DNA from: Stegostoma tigrinum | Taxonomy: Eukaryota | Length of the DNA stretch: 64,000 bases | Direction: 5' to 3' | NCBI RefSeq assembly: GCF_030684315.1 | Contig: NC_081365.1 | Span: 31,957,394 to 32,021,393, forward strand | Shown: piece after piece, positions 51,970-64,000 of the stretch | How the letters are laid out: the number at the start of each line of letters is the position of its first letter | Numbering within the stretch: position 1 is the stretch's first letter | Translations under genes and position numbers: made by a program | Notes under the pieces: model-generated | What the model saw: the letters and a program-made list of their open reading frames with translations, nothing else | What the model was told of the DNA's origin: nothing | The model's database searches: none

Positions 51970-53747
51970 GAGTTTTGAGAAGATTTGTAGCTCAGGTTGA
52001 GGTTCTGGATGTGAGTTTGCTCGCTGAGCTGGAAGGTTCGTTTTCAGACGTTTCGTCACCATTCTAGGTAACATCATCAGTGAGCCTCCGGTGAAGCGCT
52101 GGTGTTATGTCCCACTTTCTATTTATCTGTTTAGGTTTCCTTGGTTTGGTGATGTCATTTCCTGTGTTGGTGATGTCATGGTGATGATGGGTGTTGGGAT
52201 GGTTGCTTCTGTAGTTCAGTATTTGGTCCGTAAGGCATAGGTCCACTAGACTCATAGTCTCGCTACCTGGAACACCAACTTACAGATTAGCCAAGGAACT
52301 ACACCAAAGACTAAAACACCTAGTAGAAGACTCATGCCACTCCATTCACTCCACCCAAGAATTCCTGAACACCATCAAAGACACCAAGATAGAAGAGGAT
52401 GAAATAATGGTCTCCTTTGACATAACAGCCCTGTTCACATCCATCAACATCAACCTGGCCAAAGAAACACTGACTACACTATTAGAAGAACAGAAGACAC
52501 ATACACCAGACACCACCAACCTCATCAGCAAGGACAACATCATCAAGCTAGTGGACCTATGCCTTACCACCCACTTCACTTTCAATAACAAAACCTACAG
52601 ACAAACCAACGGTACACCCATGGGATCTTCGATATCAGGGTTCTTAGCAGAGGCAGTAATGCAGAGACTTGAACAAACAGCTCTGCCAATCATCCAACCC
52701 AAACTTTGGGTCCGCTATGTGGATGACACCTTTGTCATCACTAAACAAAACAAATTAGAAGAAACATTCAAGACCATCAATAATACCCTTACTGGCATAA
52801 CATTCACAAAAGAGGAGGAAAACAACAAGAAACTGCCATTCCTAGATGTCACAGTAGAGCGAACAGTCAATGGGGAACTTCAAACCAGCGTCTACAGGAA
52901 AACAACACATACGGACCAAATACTGAACTACAGGAGCAACCATCCCAACACCCACAAACGAAGCTGCATTAGAACATTATTCCAACGAGCCACCACACAC
53001 TGCAGCACAGAGGAACTATGCAGAGCAGAGGAAAATCACCTATACAGCGTATTCAAAAAGAACGGGTACCCAATGAACACAGTCCGCCGATTCCACAGCA
53101 ACAAACCCAAACAAACAGACAAAACGGGCTCAGAAACAATAACCACACTCCCCTACATCAAAGACATTTCCAAACTGACTGCCAGACTACTCGGACCTCT
53201 TGGCATCATGGTAGCCCACAAACCCACCAACACACTAAAACAGCAGCTAATGAACTTAAAAGACCCTAAACAGACAACAAACAAAATGAAAGTCATTTAC
53301 AAAATACCTTGCAAGAACTGTGACAAACACTACATTGGACAAACTGGCAGAAAGCTAGCCACCAGGATACATGAACATCAACTAGCCACAAAACGACATG
53401 ACCCACTATCACTAGTATCCTTACATACAGATGAGGAAGGACACCATTTTGATTGGGGCAACACATCCATCCTCGGATAAGCCAAACAGAGACACGTACG
53501 AGAATTCCTAGAAGCATAGCATTCCAACCGGAACTCCATCAACAAACACATTGATTTGGAGCCCATCTACCACCCTTTGAGAAAAAGAACAGGAAATGAC
53601 ATCACCAACCCAAGGAAACCTAAACAGATAAATAGAAAGCGGGACATAACACCAGCGCTTCACTGGAGGCTCACTGATGATGTTACCTAGAATGGTGATG
53701 AAACACCTGAAAACGAACCTTCTAGCTCAGTGAGCAAACTCACATCC
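51970..53747 (+). mobile_element. Penelope-like retroelement (family A), 5'-truncated, with inverted upstream terminal repeat
   Basis: RT plus GIY-YIG ORF. A terminal repeat lies at ~53560-53747 and an inverted copy at 51970-52170. Confidence 0.93.
52243..53480 (+). pseudogene. Penelope reverse transcriptase / GIY-YIG endonuclease ORF (truncated, premature stops)
   Basis: SFDITALFT, YRQTNGTPMGS, RYVDD, LPFLD and VIYKIPC..C...YIGQT. TAA at 53478-53480 and a second stop at ~53517 interrupt the endonuclease C-terminus. Confidence 0.9.
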
Positions 53748-55918
53748 ATAAGGCTTGCTGCTTTTCTTTGGTACTGGGACATGTCTCCTCTTTGGATCTA
53801 ATACTATCTCTACTTTACTTTGCCAGCCACAATTGAGCCATTTGTGCCAGATAGGAAAGATTAATTGTTACAATTCAAACACATATTCTTTTAACAATAA
53901 TGATTGTTTACCCAGTGGCACCTCCTTCAGTAAGGTCCCCTGATCCATCCTTGCAAATTCATACTTCATACCATTATCATTCTCTTTGTTTAGATTCAGG
54001 ATCCCAGTTTTGGATTCAATTGTGTAGGTCTCCATCTTAATGAAGACCGCCATCTTATTCAAGTTCAATAACCCCAGCACATGAACATTGTCATCCATTT
54101 TAATTACAATTTTTGCGTCACCTATCTATGTCCTGCTTCACTGCATCTGCTTTCTGCACTCCTGGTCCACTGCTCACAGCTACCATTATTACTAATTCTA
54201 CATCCACACATCTCCTCTCCTGCCATTAGCACTCTCTTTGTCTTTGCTGTTGACATCCTCACCATCAGTTAAATTGGCTCCTCTTCCCCTTCTGTCAACA
54301 GCTTAAAAACCATCATTTCCAAGCCCCCTTGAGTTCTGAAGAAGAGTCACATTGGATTCCAAATGTCAAACCATTTCTGTCTCTACAGGTTGCTGAGTTT
54401 CTCTAGCACTTTTGGTTTCTTTAATTATTACCAAATCCCCTGTCATCGATATTTTGTGGCCCATAATTGGCCGGAATCTTGAGCAGAACAGGTCTACAAG
54501 TATAGCAGTCACATGGTCTGTATTAAGGAGCTAATAAAAGTCCTGAAGTCTTCCATGTTCAGCATGAACACGCAGCAGAATGGTCAGCGCAGGCAGGCAA
54601 CAGGTCTTTGAGGATCTGCCGATGACAGTGCATTGGTAACTGATTCAGGAATAAATAACCCACCTAAAGCTTCATGTCATCTCACTCTGTGACCTATTTT
54701 GTTTGTCAGATTAAGGTCACGTCAGTAATAGATCATACCACCATATGTTATTCTTTGACCACAGTAAGAATACTATCTTGAACTTCACTATTTCCTGTGT
54801 CATTTCAATCCTGCTTTTCTGTGAACCAATATCTGAGCATATCTTCAAAAATTTTCATATAACAATTGTTTCTTCTATGCTTCAGTGCTTTTTTTAAAGC
54901 TCCTTAGTCCTTGGAATGCTCCTTCCATACAATATACAATGTTACTTACTTCTTGGGATAGCAATACCAAGATCAATTATTTAGCATCTTTTCCCTTTAT
55001 TTGTGAATGGCGGCAAAGAAAAGTCAGAATCTGTCATAGCACAATTTTGTAGAAATTACCTATCTGTGATTAAAATCTAGCTAACAGGACCTTAACAGGA
55101 CCTTTCAAAACAGGGAAGAACTGCCTTGCCGAGAAGCCAACGTATGTAGTGAGAAGGCTGAAGAAGTAGTGAGAAAACAAGTGAGTAACTGTTCTTGCTG
55201 GAGCCAGGAGATTCAGGCTACCTGACTGTGAGGGCACACAGCAATTGGTGCACTCTCCTCCAGGTAGAGCTCCAGGCGTGGCCACCATTCCTGCCCTTAC
55301 GAATGCCTGGCAGCCCTTGGAAGAGTTGGATGCCATCCTTAATAAGGGCAGCAGCTACTTGATTGGCTGCGGCCGACAAAATGTCATCACTTCCCGTTGA
55401 CCCTCACCAAAACAGGGCTGGCCCTCCCCCCGAATCCCTTGGAGCCCCCACCAGCAGGACCCTCACAGTCATCAGACAATCCAGTCCATTGGAACAGCTT
55501 TCCGCTGGAAGCATTTATATTACTTAGCTCTCTTATACATAGCCTCACCAAGCATTTCCTTACTGTTCACATTAAAATTAATTTTTGTGCTCCATTCTCA
55601 CTGGTAGTCAACAACTCCTTAGCTCTTTCTTCTTGCTCTGGCTGTCCAGGTAGTGTTATGGGCTGGTCACAGAGTTTTTCGAAGGTATGATGCACACAGC
55701 AGAGTCCTGTATTTAGAAGGTTGGTCCAGGATGTTTTACTGGGTATGGTCCTGTCAGGAAAAGTGTTCTTTGAGCAGACCAATCTTCTGGCCCATGTCAT
55801 AAACAAAGCAATCTTCTTATTTCTTATCAAACCCACGTAGTAGTGGAGAACATGCAAGCAATTTAATTGTGATCAAAGGAGCCCTGAGCCTAGGGAAAAC
55901 CAGTTAAAATACTGTGGT

Positions 55919-57245
55919 CCCCCTCGTCCTCACACACCACCCCACCAACCTCCGGATACAACGCATCATCCTCCGACACTTCCGCCATCTACAATCTGAC
56001 CCCACCACCCAAGACATTTTTCCATCCCCACCTTTGTCTGCTTTCCGGAGAGACCACTCTCTCCGTGACTCCCTTGTCCGCTCCACACTCCCCTCCAACC
56101 CCACCACACCCGGCACCTTCCCCTGCAACCACAGGAAGCGCTACACTTGCCCCCACACCTCCTCCCTCAACCCATCCCAGGCCCCAAGATGTCTCTCCAT
56201 ATTAAGCAGATGTTCACCTGCACATCTGCCAATGTGGTATACTGTATCCTCTGTTCCCAGTGTGGCTTCCTCTACATTGGGGAAACCAAGCGGAGGCTTG
56301 GGGACCGCTTTACAGAACACCTCTGCTCGGTTCGCAATAAACAACTGCACCTCCCAGTCGCGAACCATTTTAACTCCCCCTCCCATTCCTTAGACGACAT
56401 GTCCATCATGGGCCTCCTGCAGTGCCACAATGATGCCACCCAAAGGCTGTAGGAACAGCAACTCATATTCTGCTTGGGAACCCTGCAGCCCAATGGGATC
56501 AATGTAGACTTAGAACATAGAACATAGAACAGTACAGCACAGAACAGGCCCTTCAGCCCACAATGTTGTGCCGACCATTGATCCTCATGGATGCACCCTC
56601 AAATTTCTGTGACCATATGCATGTCCAGCAGTCTCTTAAATGACCCCAATGACCTTGCTTCCACAACTGCTGCTGGCAACGCATTCCATGCTCTCACAAC
56701 TCTCTGCGTAAAGAACCTGCCTCTGACATCCCCTCTATACTTTCCACCAACCAGCTTAAAACTATGACCCCTCGTGCTAGCCATTTCTGCCCTGGGAAAT
56801 AGTCTCTGGCTATCGACTTCACAAGCTTCAAAATCTCCCTTCCCCCACTGCATCCCAAAACCAGCCAAGCCTGTCTCTGCCTCCCTAACCTGTTCTTCCT
56901 CTCACCTATCCCCTCCTCCCACCCCAAGCCGCACATCCATTTCCTACCTACTAACCTCATCCCGCCTCCTTGACCTGTCCATCCTTCCCGGACTGACCTA
57001 TCCCCTCCCTACCTCCCCACGTATACTCTCCTCTCCACCTATCTTCTCCTCTAACCATCTTCTGTCTGCCTCCCCCCTCTCCCTATTTATTTCAGAATCC
57101 TCTCCCCATCCCCCTTTTCTGATGAAGGGTCTAGGTCCGAAGCATCAACTTTTGTGCTCCTGAGATGCTGCTTGGCCTGCTCTGTTCATCCAGCCTGACA
57201 TTTTATTATCTTGGATTCTCCAGCATCTGCAGTTCCCATTATCTC
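55919..57245 (+). mobile_element. Penelope-like element (family B) with 14-bp target-site duplication
   Basis: FTCTSANVVYCILCSQCGFLYIGETKRRLGDRFTEH (GIY-YIG). TAAAATACTGTGGT occurs at 55905-55918 and 57246-57259. Confidence 0.88.
56512..56814 (-). mobile_element. Young CR1 3' fragment nested in the Penelope-like element
   Basis: TRGHSFKL..FFTQRVVRAWNALP..FKRLLD, a (TTCTATG)n tail, and GACTT duplicated on both sides. Confidence 0.88.
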
Positions 57246-57329
57246 TAAAATACTGTGGTGGTAGGCACAGGTAGCGAGCCCTGCAGCAGCATGTGGACTG
57301 TGAGATCCAGAGCATTGTGCAGGCACCAT

Positions 57330-58390
57330 GTCCTGGGGCAGTGAGACCAGGAGCAGGCAGTTGTTCCCGGGGGCGGTGAGTGCTGGGAACAGGCAGTGTG
57401 TCCCAGGGGCGGTGAGTGCTGGAAGCAGGCAGCCCGGGGGCGGTGAGAGTGGGAACAGGCAGCCCCTGGACAGTGAGAGTGGGAACAGGCAGCCCCGGGG
57501 CAGTGAGAGTGGGAACAGACAGCTCCGAGCGGTGAGAGTGGGAACAGGCAGCCCCGAGGTGGTGAGAGCTGGGAATAGGCAACCCTGAGGCGGTGAGAGT
57601 GGGAACAGGCAGCCCCAGGTGGTGAAGATCTGGGAATAGGCAACCCCGGGGCGGTGAGAGCTAGGAATAGGCAGCCCCGGGGTGGTGAGAGCTAGGAATA
57701 GGCAGCCCCGGGGCGGTGAGAGTGGGAACGGGCAGCCCCGGGGCGGTGAGAGTGGGAACGGGCAGCCCCGGGGCGGTGAGAGTGGGAACGGGCAGCCCCG
57801 GGGCGGTGAGAGCTAGGAATAGGCAACCCTGGGGCAGTGAGAGTGGGAACAGGCAGCCCCTGAACAGTGAGAGTGGGAACAGGCAGCCCCGGGGCAGTGA
57901 GAGTGGGAACAGACAGCTCCGAGCGGTGAGAGTGGGAACACGCAGCCCCGAGGTAGTGAGAGCTGGGAATAGGCAACCCTGAGGCGGTGAGAGTGGGAAC
58001 AGGCAGCCCCAGGTGGTGAGATCTGGGAATAGGCAACCCCGGGGCGGTGAGAGCTAGGAATAGGCAGCCCCGGGGCGGTGAGAGCTAGGAATAGGCAGAC
58101 CCGGGGCAGTGAGAGTGGGAACGGGCAGCCCCGGGACAGTGAGAGTGGGAACGGGCAGCCCCGGGGCGGTGAGAGTGGGAACGGGCAGCCCCGGGGCAGT
58201 GAGAGTGGGAACGGGCAGCCCCGGGGCGGTGAGAGCTAGGAATAGGCAACCCCGGGGCAGTGAGAGTGGGAACAGGCAGCCCCGGGGCGGTGAGAGTGGG
58301 AATGGGCAGCCCCGGGGCGGTGAGAGTGGGAACAGACAGCCCCGGGGCGGTGAGAGTGGGAACAGGCAGCCCCAGGGCGGTGAGAGTGGT
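57330..58390. repeat. GC-rich minisatellite, ~30-bp unit, ~35 copies
   Basis: Consensus GGCAGCCCCGGGGCGGTGAGAGTGGGAACA with a variant GAGAGCTAGGAATA unit. Confidence 0.95.
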
Positions 58391-58837
58391 AGTGGGAGGG
58401 CACCACGGTAACATGAACCTCAGTGACTGTGCCTGACTTTGGTGTGCTCGGTATTGGCAGCTACAAAAATGAATTGGCCCAACAGTGAAAGATGGTACTT
58501 GATCATTGGTGACTTTGAGGTTAGTTGGGTTTGGCAAAGCAATGATGGTGCTGAACTAGCTCAGAACTCACATATACATGGGCTTCTGTTGAAGCCATAT
58601 CTTTTCATTTTCTCCCATTCTTAAACTCTCAAAATGCTGCTGGATTATAGAGACAAATGAAAGATTTTCCAATGTATTTTGTTGTATTTCACTGTAAATG
58701 CACATGACAATAAATCATTGATTCATTCAGTATTTTTTCCTCCTCAATCTTTCCCTATGTGTGTTTGCTGAAATGTATTATTCTAGGTAACCCTATAATT
58801 TCCAAGTGCTCCGCCAAGGCCCAACTCAACAATAAAA

Positions 58838-59090
58838 CCGAGATGACAAAGTGTGGGGCTGGATGAACACAGCAGGCCAAGCAGCATCTTAGGAGCACAA
58901 AAGCAGATGTTTCGGGCCTAGACCTTTCACCAGAAAAGAGGGAGGGGGAGAGGGTTCTGAAATAAATAGGGAGAGAGGGGGAGGCCGATCGAAGATGGAT
59001 AGAGGAGACAAGAGAGTTGCAGTGGGACAGCAATCCTTTGAGATTTGTTCGGATGGAGGAGGGTAACTTCTTTAGGTTAGGTATCCCAAG
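58838..59090 (-). mobile_element. Family B Penelope-like 3' fragment
   Basis: GGATGAACACAGCAGGCCAAGCAGCATC..GTTTCGGGCCTAGACC. Confidence 0.75.
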
Positions 59091-59283
59091 TGTTCAAATC
59101 ACAGGGGCTCGTTTGCCACTGAGACGGGTCACCAATGAAAGGATTTCACTGACCGATTGCTTTTATCTCTAAATCTCAAAATCCATGACTTTCTGTGAAG
59201 AAATTCTTGCCAAAGTTCTGGTCAAGAATAAGAAGAAATCTATATTAGATATATACACTCAGGTTCAAATGAATCTCTTGAAA

Positions 59284-59907
59284 TGTTATGGACCAGATCA
59301 GACCCCCTCAAAATATTTTGAGGAGGTAGCCTGGACCCGAACTTTTTAATGCAGACATAACGTGCTGTATTCCATGAATGGTAGTACCACGCGATGTTAA
59401 GCAAAACATAATTTATTTAAATATTGTAGTTAAAATACAACCAATGAAAGGAGAATTTAGAATAACAACTCTATTGGAAGACCTAACAGAATAATAGATG
59501 AAGTAACTATTACTAATTAACTGTTCCGATATAGTGACATCCCATAAACACCACCTTGGCAAAAAAAGGAAAATCCGGAAAATTAGATTTGTCTCACAGG
59601 TTACCCAGCAGTAGAGAGAAACCTCAGCTTCTAGCTATAACCACGAGAGGGAAAAGATACTTCTTCAAGCCCATAACAGCAATTGCTTAAAGCTAAATGT
59701 AAAAACTTTGAAAACTAGAAAACCTGGTCTGTGAGAGCTGGCCACACTCAGCCAGGCTACCTCTACTGTCCCAATTTAAAAAGAACCCCAAGGCCTCACA
59801 AGGTGTTTACTCTAGTGGTTTTGGTAGACAGCTCATAGCTCATATAACATAGCTTCAAAAAAAAAGAACAGGATAAAATAACTTTTTACAGGAACAGCAT
59901 TGTCACA
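59284..59907 (-). mobile_element. Solo LTR (related to 28331-28915)
   Basis: The reverse complement starts TGTGACA and ends ATATTTTGAGGGGGTCTGATCTGGTCCATAACA. Confidence 0.6.
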
Positions 59908-59909
59908 AA

Positions 59910-62190
59910 CAGCATAAAGAGTGCAGGAGCATTCTTAAGAGGGAGATCTGGATGGCAAAGATATGAGATAGCCTTGGCAAGTAAAGGTGAGGATAATCCA
60001 AAAAGATTCTACAAATACATTAAGAGCAAGAGAGCAATGAGAAAAAGAGTAGGGCCCCTTAAAAATCAAAGGGGCTGTCTTTGTGTTGAACCTAAGGAGA
60101 TGGGAGAGAGATTAAATGAATATTTCGCATCAGCTTCTACTGTGGAGATAGAAATGGAGTCTAAAGAACCCAGGGAAATAAATATTGGTGCTTTGAAAAT
60201 AGTTCACGTGACAGAAGGAAAAGTGCTAGAGATCTTAGAAAATATAACGATGGATAAATACCTGGGACTATATCCAGTGTATCCCAGGATTTTCTGGGAA
60301 GTAGGGGTGGAAATTGCTGGGCCCCTAACAGAAATAACTATAGGTGAGGTTCTGGATGACTGGAGAATGGTTAATGTTGTGCCTTTGTTTAAGAAGGGAC
60401 GTAAGGAGAATCCTGGTGACAATACACCTGTGAACCTGACTTTGGTGGTGGGTAAGTTGTTGGAAGAGATTCAAAAGTTAAGATTTATACACATTTGGAG
60501 AGGCAAGGAGTAATTAGTGATCGTCAACATGGGTTTTTGTAAAGAAAATTGTGCCTTGCAAACTTGACTGAGTTTTTTGAGGAATTAACCAAGAAGATTT
60601 ATGAAGGCAGAGCAGTAGACATTGGTTACTTGGACTTTGGTAAAGGCTTTGACAAAGTTTCGCATGGTAGGCTAATTAGTAAAATTGGATCACACGGGAT
60701 TCAGTGGGAGCTTGCCAATTGGAAACAAAATTGGCTTCACAGCAGGAGACAGCAAGTTATGGTAGAGGGTTGTTTTTTGGACTGAAGGCTTGTTCCACAG
60801 GCATTGGTGCTGGAAACATGTTTGTTTGTCATTTGTACAAGTGATTTAGTTAAAAATGTAGAAGACATGGTTAATAAGTTTGCAGATGACACCAAAATCG
60901 GTGGCATTGCGGACAGTGAAGAAGGTTATCTAAGATTATGAAGAGATTTTGATCAATTGTATCAGTGGGCTGAAGGTTGACAGATGGAGTTTAATTTGGA
61001 TAAATGCAAGCTATTATGTTTTGATAAAACTAGCAAGGACAGGGCTTATATAATTAATGGTAAGGCAGTGTTGTAGAACAGAGAAGCTTAGGTGTTCAGC
61101 TAGATAATTCTGTGAAGTTTGCATCACATATAATTACGGTGTTTAAGAAGGCATTTAGCATGATTGCATTCATTGCTCAGACCTTTAAGTATAAGAGTTG
61201 GGATAGGCAAACAGGAGGCTGGAAGAACACAGCAGGCTAGGTAGCATCTGGAGGAAAGTAAAAATCAACATTTCAGGTACTACCCTTCTTCAGGACTGCT
61301 TCATATCAGACATTAAAAATCGTTAAGTTTGCAAGACTCTCCTCTACTCACCTCGTCGGAGAACCCACTCTCTACTCAAAATCCACACCCTGTTTCCAGT
61401 CATCTACAGGCCCCTCACACTACCATCACTGTTATAAATGTGCAGACCTCATCCAGCACTGGCCCTTTCCAGTCTGGTGCCACTTCCTTTGAAGCAGTCC
61501 TGAAGAAAGGTAATACCCAAAACATTGACTGCTCCTTTCCTCCAGATGCTGCCTGGCCTCCTGTGTTCTTCCAGCCTCCTGTTTGCCTACCTTGGATTTC
61601 AGCATCTGCAGTTTTTTTTACTGTAATAAGAGTTGGGATGTCAATATTGAGGCCTCTTCTGGGGAGTACCGTGTCCAGTTCTGGTTGCCATTCGAAGGAA
61701 AGATATTATTAAGCTGGAGAGGGTTCAGAAGAGATTTACCAGGATGTTGCCAGGAATGAGGGATTTGAGTTATAAGGAGAGACTGGGATATTTCTCACTG
61801 GAATGTAAGAGATTGAGGGTTGAACTTATAAAGGTTTATAAAATCCTGAGAGGTATAGATAAGATGAATGACAGGTATCTTTTCTGTAGGCAGGGGTATT
61901 TTAAGAATGGGGCTACATTTTTAAGGTGAGAAGAGAAAGATTTGATATCAAATACATGAGGGAGAATTTTTTTTCGACAGAGAGAGGTTTGTGTGCGGAA
62001 TGAACTTCCAAAGGGAGTGGCAGATGCAGGTACAGTTACAACATTTAAAAGACACTTGGATAAGTGCATGAATAAGAAATGTTTGGAGAGATACGGGCCA
62101 CGTGCAGGCAGGGACCACTAGATTAATTTAGGATTATGGTTGACATGGGTTAGTTGAACTGAAATGTTTATTTCCATTCTGTATGACCCC
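59910..62190 (+). mobile_element. CR1 LINE ORF2, ~2.3 kb, decayed, with nested palindromic element at ~61203-61625
   Basis: NPKRFYKYI, DWRMVNVVPLFKKG, LDFGKGFDKVSH, KFADDTK, MLPGMRDLSYKERL. Confidence 0.9.
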
Positions 62191-62849
62191 TGTTACTCTA
62201 TGCTGCAATACCTAGATATTCCTTTTGACAATTTGAACTTGTTTCTTCTTGTCAAACAGTTATTGTTTAATTTGAAGTTGTGTTTCAGGTTCATATTTTG
62301 CTAACATTTACCAGCAGATATATCTATTTTAGGTCATCTCTCAGTCACCTTCTTAAAAGCAGTAAAGGTTTGGTTCCTTCTATCTTTCTTTGCACATGTG
62401 TTATCAGATGGACTCATAATGTGGGTTTGCTATCAATTTTAAGTATATTTTTACATCTCAGCCAATTTGCTGACAACTCAAAATTGGGCTGCATTGTGGA
62501 TGGTGTTGACTATTGCATAAAGTTACAACACAATGTCTTGGATTTTGCTTGCATAATTTCTTGAATTTCAATCATAAATGCTAACCCAATTGTTAACAGT
62601 TAGTTCTAGGTATGCAGATGAACAAAAAGATAACACAGGAGAACTGCAATTTGATGCTTCCTTGACATTGATTTAAAAATAAGATAGCCATAAATGAAAA
62701 GGAAGTAATGTATTCTTAAACATTCCTGTTGAGTACATCACTTTACTTGCCTGTTTAAAAGTTGTTCTACAAGGAATATCTTTCAACTCAGTAATATAAC
62801 GTAGATAAAATGGAAAAACAAAAGCTCGCCGTGGTCCTCAGAGTAACAA

Positions 62850-63540
62850 ACCGCAGAATTTTTTGCATTCAGTAGAAATTCAAGAGGAAAGTTGATGGAT
62901 GTCATCACTATGGGTTTCCAGAAGTCTTTTGATAAAGCCCCACAAACCTAAGGTGGAAGCCCAGGGAATTGAGCGTGGACCCAGACTCCCAGCCTCAGTG
63001 TGGACCTGGCCTCCTAGCACCTACTGACCTCAAGGAGAAGCCTGGCTTAGTCTGGGTTGGAAGGAACTCTTATTTCTCTATTTTTCTAATTTTCTTTTGC
63101 TGGACTTCTTATTTCAATATTTTTGTAATTTTTCTACCCCAAGTGTTAATACTTAAGAATCTGTACGTAAGATGGCACCATGTGTGGCAACTTGTAAACT
63201 TTTCACCCTAATTATATCGGTACATTTGACAATACAGGTAAATCTAATTCTAAAATACTGACATGGGCAGGAAATTGGTTGAGTGACAGGAAACAGGGAG
63301 TTGGAATAATAGGTACCTTGTCAAATTGGCAGGACAGAACTAGTCACATCCCAGAGGAATCTCTGTTAGGGCCTCAACTATTCACAATATTCATGGACTT
63401 GGATGCAAATTTGCTGACAATTCAAAATTGGCCTGCATTGTAGATGGTGTTGACCACAGCATAAAGTTACAACAAGATTTTGTTAGTTTAGGTGAGTGAG
63501 CAAAGTGTGGCAGATAGATTTTAATATAAACAAGAGTGAG
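62850..63540 (+). mobile_element. Old CR1 RT fragments with nested repeat
   Basis: DV....FQKSFDK, P.ESLLGPQLFTIF and KFADNSK-like translations. Confidence 0.6.
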
Positions 63541-64000
63541 AGAGCCAGGAGGAGGGCAGCTGCAAAAGCCAACAATCCATTGTCATGACTAATATCAATA
63601 ACTGATGTCTGCAAGCCCATAAGCCATTTGTGAACCCACAGCCAGGATTGACTTCTCATTTCCCCCCAACAATCCCCAAGGACGAATCATTCTTGACATG
63701 AATCATACAGATGTATCAGGAGCAGGGAGTGCCTGATTTTGTGGGAGAATTCCAAAAGGAAGTTCAGCTCATATGTGGCCCTGTGGAGCTCTAGTCCTTT
63801 CTCAGAATGTTTGCCACAAATCATCCCACTACTTTTGAGTCCACCATCCCACTCTGCTGATACAAGACAGCCTTATTAACTCATCCAGTTCTTTCACATT
63901 TCAATTATGGTTTTACCATCCAATCTACATCAGTGAAAATGACAAGGAACACACTACACTTTAAGAACTCATTTCATGATGTTCTGCTGGGAAAACTGAC

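Noticed and set aside
57330-58390. CRISPR array or repetitive protein ORFs
   Set aside because: Eukaryotic tandem repeat without unique spacers. The ORFs result from a 30-nt stop-free unit.
62466-63474. Repeated ~65-bp segment (62466-62530 and 63410-63474)
   Set aside because: Both copies are CR1 RT (FADD-region) sequence, so no separate function is implied.

Overview
Vertebrate genomic DNA, very probably a shark or other elasmobranch (HE1/V-SINE-type SINEs, abundant CR1 and Penelope-like elements). The + strand carries the last two coding exons of BBX (2502-2709, 4957-5044), followed by about 10 kb of AT-rich, TE-free sequence that is probably its 3' UTR. Tail-to-tail on the - strand is an intact-looking multi-exon immunoglobulin-superfamily receptor gene of about 341 aa. 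Its exons are a leader (42810-42873), a germline-joined VJ-type V domain with CD28/CTLA-4-like features (37961-38326), a C1-set constant domain (31839-32144), a transmembrane exon with an Arg (24494-24603) and less certain cytoplasmic exons (23914-23985, 20702-20809). This gene occupies the position held by CD47 in mammals. The rest is transposon-derived: CR1 LINE fragments, SINEs, solo LTRs, Gypsy and Harbinger relics, a 30-bp GC-rich minisatellite, and three Penelope-like or Penelope-associated families whose termini carry minimal hammerhead-ribozyme cores and often form long palindromes. TE boundaries are approximate and were read by eye. All homology calls come from recalled sequences, not database searches.
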